33,525 nt of DNA from an uncultured delta proteobacterium (lineage in GTDB: Bacteria > Myxococcota > Myxococcia > Myxococcales > 40CM-4-68-19): positions 1 to 33,525 of the forward strand of contig CAIWCD010000012.1 in NCBI GenBank assembly GCA_903911145.1. Direction: 5' to 3'. Below, piece by piece: positions 17,369 to 24,191 of the stretch. Made by a program: the position numbers and the translations under genes. Numbering within the stretch: position 1 is the first letter of the stretch; every line of letters starts with the position of its first letter. Below the pieces are notes generated by a model. The model had not been told where the DNA came from and did no database searches. It saw nothing but the letters and a program-made list of their open reading frames with translations.

Positions 17369-18388
17369 ATGTCTGTCAGCGGCAGGACCATCGAGCGCGG
17401 ACGATTCGCGCCCAGCCCCACCGGCGAGCTGCATCTGGGAAACGCGCGCACTGCGCTCCTGGCCTGGCTCTCCGCGCGCAGCCGAGGCGCTCGCTTCACG
17501 ATGCGCATCGAAGATCTCGATCGGCCGCGCTGCAGGCCGGGGCTCGCCGAGAAACAGCTTGAGGAGCTCGCGTGGCTCGGGCTCGACTGGGACGAGGGTC
17601 CAGAGAGCGCGCCGCCGCACACAGAGGCCGGTCCGCATGGCCCGTATCGCCAATCGCAGCGCGGCCCGCTCTACGATCGCGCGATTGAGCAGCTGCGCGA
17701 GGGCGGCCACGTCTACGACTGCTTCTGCTCGCGCGCGCAGATCCGGGCGGCCGCAGATGCTTTGCACTCAAACGATCGCGCCGACGCCACGAGCGAGGCG
17801 AGCGCGCCGCACGGTCCGCAGGACGACGGCCCGCGCTATCCGGGCACCTGCGCGAACCTCACCGCTGCCGAGGTCGCGACGCGGCGGAAATCGCGCGCGC
17901 CCGCGCTGCGCCTGCGCGTGCCGCACGAACCGATTTCGTTCGACGATGCGATCGCGGGGCCGCAGCAGTTCGATCCCGCGACGGAAGTGGGCGACTTCAT
18001 CCTTCGCCGCGCAGATGGCGTGCACGCCTACCAGCTTGCGGTGGTCGTCGATGACGCCGCGATGGAGATCACCGAGGTCGTGCGGGGCGCGGACCTCCTC
18101 GCATCGACGGCGCGGCAGATGCTCCTCTATCGAATGCTCGGTCTGCGCATCCCGTCGTGGGCGCATGTTCCGCTGCTCTTCGGACCGCCCGGAATCGATG
18201 GACAGCCGCAGCGGCTCTCCAAGCGGGCTGGCGCGGAGACGCTCTCGACGATGCGTGCGCGCGGAGACGATCCGCGCACCATCGTCGCGCAGTTGGCACG
18301 CTCCTCCAGCCTCGTCGGAGACGAGATCGCAGCCTGCACGCCCGCTGAGCTGCTCCCCCGCTTTGCGTTGGCGCGCCTCTCTCGCTGA
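17369..18388 (+). CDS. gluQ: Glutamyl-queuosine tRNA(Asp) synthetase
   Basis: GRFAPSPTGELHLGN (HIGH-like), RIEDLD, YQLAVVVDD, VRGADL and RLSKR. At 339 aa it has no anticodon-binding domain. Confidence 0.9.
   Translation: MSVSGRTIERGRFAPSPTGELHLGNARTALLAWLSARSRGARFTMRIEDLDRPRCRPGLAEKQLEELAWLGLDWDEGPESAPPHTEAGPHGPYRQSQRGPLYDRAIEQLREGGHVYDCFCSRAQIRAAADALHSNDRADATSEASAPHGPQDDGPRYPGTCANLTAAEVATRRKSRAPALRLRVPHEPISFDDAIAGPQQFDPATEVGDFILRRADGVHAYQLAVVVDDAAMEITEVVRGADLLASTARQMLLYRMLGLRIPSWAHVPLLFGPPGIDGQPQRLSKRAGAETLSTMRARGDDPRTIVAQLARSSSLVGDEIAACTPAELLPRFALARLSR
17755..17777 (+). repeat. 23-bp motif AGATGCTTTGCACTCAAACGATC, copy 2 (inside gluQ)
   Basis: Exact match to 13548-13570; encodes DALHSND in frame. 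Confidence 0.9.
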
Positions 18389-18490
18389 GCGCCTCGATCG
18401 CTGCGCCGCGCCCCGGGCGAGTTGCCGCGCGAGCAGCCCCTGTGCTATGCGGCGCGCCGAAGTTCGCAGCGCACGGGGAATCGAGGATTC

Positions 18491-18712
18491 ATGTCAGAGA
18501 AGGAAGCAGGAATCGAAGTCGAAGGGACCGTTCGCGAGGAGCTCGCCGGCGGGAACTATCGCGTCGAGCTCGACAACAAGCATTCGGTGCTCGCCTACGC
18601 GAGCGGCAAGATGCGCAAGTTCCGCATCCGCATTCTCCCGGGCGACCGGGTCAAGCTGGAGCTGTCTCCGTACGACCTGACGCGCGGTCGCATCACGTAT
18701 CGCCAGAAGTAA
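18491..18712 (+). CDS. infA: Translation initiation factor IF-1
   Basis: IEVEGTV...[37 protein letters not shown] 18491 lies behind GAGG. Confidence 0.97.
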   Translation: MSEKEAGIEVEGTVREELAGGNYRVELDNKHSVLAYASGKMRKFRIRILPGDRVKLELSPYDLTRGRITYRQK

Positions 18713-18713
18713 T

Positions 18714-18805
18714 GGTGCGCAGCAGGGCCGCTGTGGGTGCGGCCGTGCTCAAACATGCAGGTGCGCAGCAGGACCGCTGTGGGTGCGGCCGTGCTCAAAC
18801 ATGCA
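18714..18805. repeat. 46-bp tandem duplication covering one arm and part of the core of element copy B
   Basis: GGTGCGCAGCAGG(G/A)CCGCTGTGGGTGCGGCCGTGCTCAAACATGCA at 18714-18759 and 18760-18805, with one mismatch. Confidence 0.9.
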
Positions 18806-18894
18806 TCCGCGGCTGACGCAGAAATTGCTCCATTCGGAGTTGTGTAGGGCCGCTCCTGAACTGCGCGCGGCCGCTCCCACAGCGGTCCTGCTGC
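18765..18894 (-). repeat. ~130-bp palindromic intergenic element, copy B (inverted)
   Basis: Arms GCAGCAGGACCGCTGTGGG and CCCACAGCGGTCCTGCTGC; the same two cores appear on the minus strand. Confidence 0.9.
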
Positions 18895-19045
18895 TAATTC
18901 CGGACAAAAAGACCGTCGGGCGAGATGCGGGTTCACCGCCGTCGTGATCGTTCACGCGTGCGCGCGGCAGCGCCCAGCGCGGCTCCGCTGGGTTTCGAGA
19001 CGAAAACAAGTAACTCGCTCGGCGCTGCTTTCGACCGGCCCCCAA

Positions 19046-19173
19046 GCCGCGGGGCAGCCGATGGTGCGGGCCGCGCGCAGTTCAGGAGCGGCCGCAACCA
19101 TCTCCGCAGCGAGCACGGACGCCAGCCGCGGATGCATGTTTGAGCACGGCCCGCACCATCGGTGACCCGCGGC
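19046..19173 (+). repeat. ~130-bp palindromic intergenic element, copy C
   Basis: Arms GCCGCGGG..CCGATGGTGCGGGCCG and CGGCCCGCACCATCGG..CCCGCGGC; the same two cores. Confidence 0.9.
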
Positions 19174-19177
19174 GACC

Positions 19178-20686
19178 CTACTCCTCGTGTGCCTCGAGGT
19201 AGATCGCTGCCTGGTGCGCGAGGTAGTGGAGGATCGACAGCTCCGACGCCGAGAAGCTCGTCGAGCCGTTCTTGTTGATCAGCTGGATCGCGCCGAGCGT
19301 GCGGTTGTCGTGGATGACCGGCGTCGTGATCATGCTCTTGGTGTCATAGCCGAGCCGCTGCGAGATCTCTTTGTAGAAGCGCTTGTCGCGCTGCACGTCG
19401 CTGATGGCGACGCCGACGCCTTCCTGCGCGCAGAAGCCGACGAGGCCCTTGCCCATCGGGACGCGCAGCTTGAGCGCAACGAGCTCGCCCGCCTTCGGAC
19501 CGCGCACGGCCGCGAAGCCGAGATCGCGCCGGTTGAGGTCCGCGACGTAGAACGAGCCCGACTCCGAGGGAATCTTCTCCATCGCCAGATCGAGCAGGAA
19601 GTAGAGCGCGTCGGCCTGCTCCTTGCCGAACATCTCGGGCGTGCGCTCGAACAGCTCGGAGAGAACGTCCTCGAGCTGGCCCGCCTCGGCGGCATTCGGC
19701 GTGCGCGAGAGCCGACCAATCACGGCAGGCGGCGGCGAGCGCTGGTTGTCGACCTCGACGATCTTGATCGGCGGCGGCGCGCGCAGGGCCTCGCTCATCG
19801 CCTGATCGGCAGTCGCCTTCTCGGCCGTGGCGCGCTCGGCAATCGCCCTCTCGGCAGCGGCCTTCTCCGCGGCAATCTTCTCGGCAGCGATCTTTTCCTT
19901 CGCGGCCTTCTCTGCAGCCTTCTTCTCGGCGGCCGCCTTCTCGGCAGCAGCGCGCGCGTTCGCGGCCCGCTCCGCCGCGGCCTTCTTCTGCGCGCCCTTT
20001 TCCGAGGCTGCGCGATCCGCTGCGGCCTTCTCCGCGGCGGCCTTCTCCTCCATCGCCTTCGCGTCCGCGCGCGATCCCGCGTCCTTCGCGCCGCGCGAAT
20101 CAGCGGCGGTCTTGTCGACGAACGTCTTCGCCATCTTCGCTGCAGCTTCCGCGGCAGCCTGATCGGCAGCGGCCTGCTCCGCTGCAGCCTTCTCCTGCGC
20201 AGCCAGCTCGGCAGCCTCGGCTTCCGCTGCGGCCATCTCGGCAGCCCGACGCTCGGCGGCGGCCTTCTCTGCTGCCGCCTTTTCCGCGGAGGCCCGCTCA
20301 GCCGCCGCGCGCGCGAGCGCTGCCTTCTCCTCGTCCGCGCGCTTGGACGCAACCACGGCCATCTCGCGCAGCGCAGCGTCGTTCGTCGGGGGCGGATCGC
20401 TCGGCGCCGCCATCCAGCTCGGCGTCGGCAACACCACGCCCACACCCGGATTCGAAATCTCGGGGATCTGCGCGATGCGGAAGACCCGGTTGTTGCGCGG
20501 GTCGGTGACGTGGATCGACTCGTCGTCCTGGATGTCGCAGAGAACATTCTGCGGGAGCCCGGACGTGTCGCCGATCTTCTTCAGACCCACCTTGAGCGCG
20601 GCCATCCACGTATCGGCCGTCACCCGCAGGGTCATGTTCATCTCTTCCGCAGTCGCTGCCGGAATGAACACTTCGAACCGCGCCAT
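19178..20686 (-). CDS. GAF-domain protein with an uncharacterised N-terminal domain and an (A/E/K)-rich TolA-like linker
   Basis: C-terminal GAF motifs GKGLVGFCAQEG, DVQRDKRF and GAIQLINK. Central AEKAAAE repeats at about 19800-20335. Confidence 0.85.
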   Translation of the reverse strand: MARFEVFIPAATAEEMNMTLRVTADTWMAALKVGLKKIGDTSGLPQNVLCDIQDDESIHVTDPRNNRVFRIAQIPEISNPGVGVVLPTPSWMAAPSDPPPTNDAALREMAVVASKRADEEKAALARAAAERASAEKAAAEKAAAERRAAEMAAAEAEAAELAAQEKAAAEQAAADQAAAEAAAKMAKTFVDKTAADSRGAKDAGSRADAKAMEEKAAAEKAAADRAASEKGAQKKAAAERAANARAAAEKAAAEKKAAEKAAKEKIAAEKIAAEKAAAERAIAERATAEKATADQAMSEALRAPPPIKIVEVDNQRSPPPAVIGRLSRTPNAAEAGQLEDVLSELFERTPEMFGKEQADALYFLLDLAMEKIPSESGSFYVADLNRRDLGFAAVRGPKAGELVALKLRVPMGKGLVGFCAQEGVGVAISDVQRDKRFYKEISQRLGYDTKSMITTPVIHDNRTLGAIQLINKNGSTSFSASELSILHYLAHQAAIYLEAHEE

Positions 20687-21616
20687 CTAGCCTCCCAGAT
20701 CTGTTCTGTGCCCGAGGTGGTGCTTGCGCAGAAACCGCTCCAGCGCAAGCTGGATCAGCTCAGGTTGTTCAACCAGCGCCGCGTGAGAGCCGTCGCGCAC
20801 GACGAGCAGCTCTGCATGAGGAATCGCTTTCGCCATCTCTTCCGAGCGGAACATCGGCGTGAAGAGATCGCGCGAGCCGGCGATGACGAGCGTCGGCAGG
20901 TGCAGGCTCGGCAGGAAATCGGTCGCATCGTGCGTGAGCAGATCGCGAAAGAGCGCGAAGTAGCAGCGCAGATCGAGGCCCGCGAGATGCGCGAAGTAGG
21001 GCTCGAACTCCTCGCGCGGGCAGAGGTCGGGATGCACGAGGCCCATCGCGCGCACGAGCGGCCAGAGGCCCGGCGTCTGCAACGACCGGCGCAACACCTG
21101 CTCGGCGAGGCCCGTGCGCGAAGAAGTGAATGCCAGCGCAGCACGCACAAGCGGAAGCAGGCGGGCGCTGATCGGGAAGCTCTCGAAGATGCGCCCGGGC
21201 GCGCCCAGCATGGGCACAAAGCCGAGCGCGCGCGAAGGCGCTTGACGAATCGCCTCGAGCCCGACCTGGCAGCCCATCGAGTGTCCGAGCAGCACCGCGT
21301 GTCTGGCTCCGACTGCATCGGCGACGGTCCAGAGATCGCTCGCGCAGCCCGCGACCGTCAGTTCTTCAGGATGCGCGGGAACCGGAGACGCGCCGTGGCC
21401 GCGATAGTCCCACGTGATCACCGGCCGCTCGCCGCCGAACTGCTCCGCGATGAAGTGCCAGAAGAAGCTGCTCACGCCGATGCCGTTCGCGCAGAGCAGC
21501 GGCACGCCTGTGCCTGCACCATCGACGCGCCAGCGCAACTCGGCCCCGTCGGCCGCGCGCGCAGTTCCCACCCGGACAGGCGCGAGCCTGGCTTCGCTCT
21601 GGAGCGCTTCGCTCAC
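20687..21616 (-). CDS. Alpha/beta-fold hydrolase
   Basis: WDYRGHG, nucleophile elbow GHSMG, then GSRD and GSH completing the Ser-Asp-His triad. Confidence 0.92.
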   Translation of the reverse strand: MSEALQSEARLAPVRVGTARAADGAELRWRVDGAGTGVPLLCANGIGVSSFFWHFIAEQFGGERPVITWDYRGHGASPVPAHPEELTVAGCASDLWTVADAVGARHAVLLGHSMGCQVGLEAIRQAPSRALGFVPMLGAPGRIFESFPISARLLPLVRAALAFTSSRTGLAEQVLRRSLQTPGLWPLVRAMGLVHPDLCPREEFEPYFAHLAGLDLRCYFALFRDLLTHDATDFLPSLHLPTLVIAGSRDLFTPMFRSEEMAKAIPHAELLVVRDGSHAALVEQPELIQLALERFLRKHHLGHRTDLGG

Positions 21617-22770
21617 TTCTTCTCCACCATGCGGAACTCGACGCGACGATTGGACGCCTTGCCCGCGCGGGTCACATTGCTCGCGATCGGCCGCGTCGGC
21701 CCGTAGCCCTCGGACACGATCTGCTGCGGATCGACTCCCTGCTTGATCAGATATTCGCGCACCGACTCCGCGCGCGCGCTCGAGAGCTTCATGTTGTCGT
21801 CGATCGTCCCGACGTTGTCGGTGTGCCCCTCGACGCGCATTTTCACCAGCGGCGCGTCCTTGATCGCCTGCGCCACTTCACGCAGGAGCTCGAAGCTGTC
21901 CGGCAGAATTCGTGACTTGTTGGTCGCAAAATGGACCTGCTGCTTGAGCTCGATTCGATCGCGCCGGACGATGATCAGCGACTGCTTGCGAGGGCAGCCT
22001 TCGTTGTCCTTCGGGCCCGGCTCATCGGGGCACTTGTCGTCCTTGTCGGGCACGCCATCGCCATCGCGATCAGCCCAGGGGCAGCCACCGTTCTCGGCGG
22101 GACCAGCGACGAGCGGGCAGCGATCGAGCCGATCGATGAGACCATCGCCATCGGTGTCGCGATCGGGGCAGCCCTGGTTCTCCTTGGGGCCGAACTCGGT
22201 CGGGCACTTGTCGTCCTTGTCGGGGATGCCATCGCCGTCGGTGTCGGGCCACGGGCAGCCGAAGTTCTCCTTCGGGCCGGGCACATCGGGGCAGCGGTCG
22301 AGCGTGTCGGGAACGCCGTCGCCGTCCTTGTCCGTCTGCAGCGGGCAGCCGCGATTCTCCTTCGGGCCCGGGACGTCGGGGCAGAGATCGTCGATGTCCG
22401 GCACGCCGTCGCCGTCGGTGTCCTTGAGCGCCACCGGCGCGGGCGCGGGCTTCTCACGAATGAGCACCTGCACCGGCGCGCAATCTTTGGAGAGCACGAC
22501 CGCCTGCTTGGCCGCCTTCTGCGCGACGTCGAGATGCTCCTCGGCGCGGAAGCTGTCGCCCTGCTCGAGCTCGATTTCGGTAAAGCGCAGATTCGCCTCG
22601 GCCGTCGCGAGCTCGCGGGGAGCGCACTGGAGTGCGTTCGACTTGCGCGCCGCCGAGATGTCTTCGCGCACCACCCGCCCACGCCCGCGATCGGCGAGCT
22701 GCGCGCCAGTCATGCAGGAGAGGCTCGCAAGCAGCGCGATGAGGCCAGGAGCGGTCACGCGCGATTTCAC
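21613..22770 (-). CDS. OmpA-family lipoprotein with a DUF4398-like helical region and five thrombospondin type-3-like repeats
   Basis: Lipobox-like SLSC, five DxDGDGxxDxxDxCP repeats, and OmpA C-terminal motifs EGHTD, LSSARAESV and NRRVEF. Confidence 0.9.
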   Translation of the reverse strand: MKSRVTAPGLIALLASLSCMTGAQLADRGRGRVVREDISAARKSNALQCAPRELATAEANLRFTEIELEQGDSFRAEEHLDVAQKAAKQAVVLSKDCAPVQVLIREKPAPAPVALKDTDGDGVPDIDDLCPDVPGPKENRGCPLQTDKDGDGVPDTLDRCPDVPGPKENFGCPWPDTDGDGIPDKDDKCPTEFGPKENQGCPDRDTDGDGLIDRLDRCPLVAGPAENGGCPWADRDGDGVPDKDDKCPDEPGPKDNEGCPRKQSLIIVRRDRIELKQQVHFATNKSRILPDSFELLREVAQAIKDAPLVKMRVEGHTDNVGTIDDNMKLSSARAESVREYLIKQGVDPQQIVSEGYGPTRPIASNVTRAGKASNRRVEFRMVEKK

Positions 22771-23384
22771 GGCTTGCTCCCGGAAGGAATGATCGGCGTG
22801 CGCGCGGGAGCCGCAGGCGGCGGAGTTCCAGCATCGGGCGGACTCGATGCTGCCGGCGCGGTGGGTGCGCTGCTGGCCTTCGCGGTCGATGCCGCAGGCG
22901 CGGCAGAAGGCCCCGCATCGGGTGCGGTCGCAGGGGCGGTCTTCGCGGGCGCCGCGACGACAACAGGAGCGGGCGCGACCTCGATCGCCTCATGCTTGAT
23001 GGTCGCCTGGGGTGCCGGTGTCGAGGCGGAGTTGCGCGCAGCGAGTGCCTTCTGCGACGCGCTCTCCGCGAGTTCGGCGCTCTTCTTCGCAAACTCGCTC
23101 GCCGCGTCGTAGTGCGCCCGGCCCGACTCCTCACGCGCCTTCTGCAGATAGAGATCGGCCGAGGTCGTCTCGTAGATCGCCAGCTTGTCGCCGTCGGCCG
23201 CGTGGGCCTGCGCGACCGCCTGCTCCGCGTCGCTGATCACCACCGCCGACCCGATCGGCCCGCAGCCGAGCAGTGGCAGCGCCAGGGCGAGCACGAACGT
23301 CAACGGCGGGAGTCGGGGATTGTGCGCGGTCAAGAGGGGCGAGAGTCGACAACGAAGATCGGTCGGTGTCAACGAAAGCCTCAT
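22767..23384 (-). CDS. DUF4398-like lipoprotein with Pro/Ala-rich tail
   Basis: Lipobox LLGC and helical region AIYETTSADLYLQKAREE. Overlaps the OmpA gene start (GTGA). The start codon is uncertain. Confidence 0.7.
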   Translation of the reverse strand: MRLSLTPTDLRCRLSPLLTAHNPRLPPLTFVLALALPLLGCGPIGSAVVISDAEQAVAQAHAADGDKLAIYETTSADLYLQKAREESGRAHYDAASEFAKKSAELAESASQKALAARNSASTPAPQATIKHEAIEVAPAPVVVAAPAKTAPATAPDAGPSAAPAASTAKASSAPTAPAASSPPDAGTPPPAAPARTPIIPSGSKP

Positions 23385-23449
23385 GCCGATCGACCAGGCT
23401 GACGGGAGCAGGAGCGGCCGCGCACGCCCCGCCCCTGTCTGCGAGAGCG

Positions 23450-23977
23450 CTACTTCCCCTTGATCGCCGAGATCTCGATGTCGAACTCAACCTTCTCGCT
23501 CACCAGCACGCCGCCGGCCTCGAGCGCCTGGTTCCACGAGAGGCCGTAGTCGATGCGGTTGAGGCTGCCCCGCGCCGAGAAGGCGACGCGGTCATTGCCC
23601 CACGGATCCTTGCCCGCACCCTCGCGCGAGACGTCGAATCCGATCTCCTTCGTCACGCCGTGCAGCGTGAGATCGCCCGTCACCTTGAATTTGTCACCCG
23701 AGCCCTCGAGCCGCTTGCTCGCGAACGTGATCTTGGGAAACTTCTCGGCGTCGAAGAAGTCGGGGCTCTTGAGATGTCCGTCGCGCTTGGCCTCCTGCGT
23801 GTTGATGCTGCCGACGTCGATCTCACCCTTGATGCTGGCGTGCGCGAGATCTCCTTCGTCGAACGAGATCGAGCCGGTCCAGACGCCGAAGCTGCCGCGC
23901 ACCTTCGCGATCATCATGTGGCGGACGGAGAAGGTGATGCTCGAGTGCGACGCGTCGATGTTCCACTGGGTGGCCAT
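23450..23977 (-). CDS. yceI: YceI-family lipid/polyisoprenoid-binding protein
   Basis: Motifs WNIDASHSSITFSVRHMM, RDGHLKSPDFFD, GDLTLHGVTK and DPWG. Confidence 0.92.
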   Translation of the reverse strand: MATQWNIDASHSSITFSVRHMMIAKVRGSFGVWTGSISFDEGDLAHASIKGEIDVGSINTQEAKRDGHLKSPDFFDAEKFPKITFASKRLEGSGDKFKVTGDLTLHGVTKEIGFDVSREGAGKDPWGNDRVAFSARGSLNRIDYGLSWNQALEAGGVLVSEKVEFDIEISAIKGK

Positions 23978-24039
23978 GCGGTGTCTCCTGGGTTGCGCGC
24001 GGGTGGGGAATCTGCGCGGGGAGGAGAGCTAATCGCTGC

Positions 24040-24074
24040 GCTTTCATTTTGCAAGTCGCTTTACAAAAGAAAGC
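24040..24074. promoter_or_regulatory. AT-rich operator-like inverted repeat upstream of yceI
   Basis: GCTTTCATTTTGCAAGTCGCTTTACAAAAGAAAGC contains two 15-bp CTT-N9-AAG boxes (24041-24055 and 24059-24073) in overall dyad symmetry. Confidence 0.55.
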
Positions 24075-24114
24075 ATCTGTCGATCGGCGCTTCGTGCTGC
24101 CGACGCAAGACGCA

Positions 24115-24151
24115 CGAAGGCCCCGCGGAGATGCATCCCGCGAGGCCTTCG
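24115..24151 (-). terminator. GC-rich hairpin downstream of the lipoprotein array (possible terminator)
   Basis: Minus strand CGAAGGCCTCGCGG-GATGCATCT-CCGCGGGGCCTTCG, 40 bp after the stop at 24192. The U-tract is weak. Confidence 0.5.
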
Positions 24152-24191
24152 GTTGCTTCACGATGAGGAGGCGTCAGTGCGTGCCGTCTGC

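Noticed and set aside
18960..19040. Hammerhead ribozyme in the spacer (GAAAC followed by a stem on the minus strand)
   Set aside because: There is no CUGAnGA core, and the stem is not followed by the required UH cleavage motif.
15286..19173. The repeated cores as a CRISPR array or integron attC sites
   Set aside because: The copies are dispersed and in mixed orientation, with no repeat-spacer periodicity and no cas genes. They lack RYYYAAC/GTTRRRY ends and flank housekeeping genes rather than cassettes.
8419..21706. Long alternative-frame ORFs (for example 8419-10776, 15120-17183, 19187-21706)
   Set aside because: They are antisense shadows of well-supported genes, expected in high-GC DNA, and carry no domain motifs.
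21613..22770. TraB of the myxobacterial TraAB outer-membrane-exchange system
   Set aside because: It shares TSP3 repeats and an OmpA domain but lacks the N-terminal beta-barrel, and the upstream gene is not TraA-like.
24070..24079. Third copy of the DALHSND motif (CAGATGCTTT on the minus strand)
   Set aside because: Only 10 bp match and the TTTG-n4-CAAA dyad is absent; compatible with chance.
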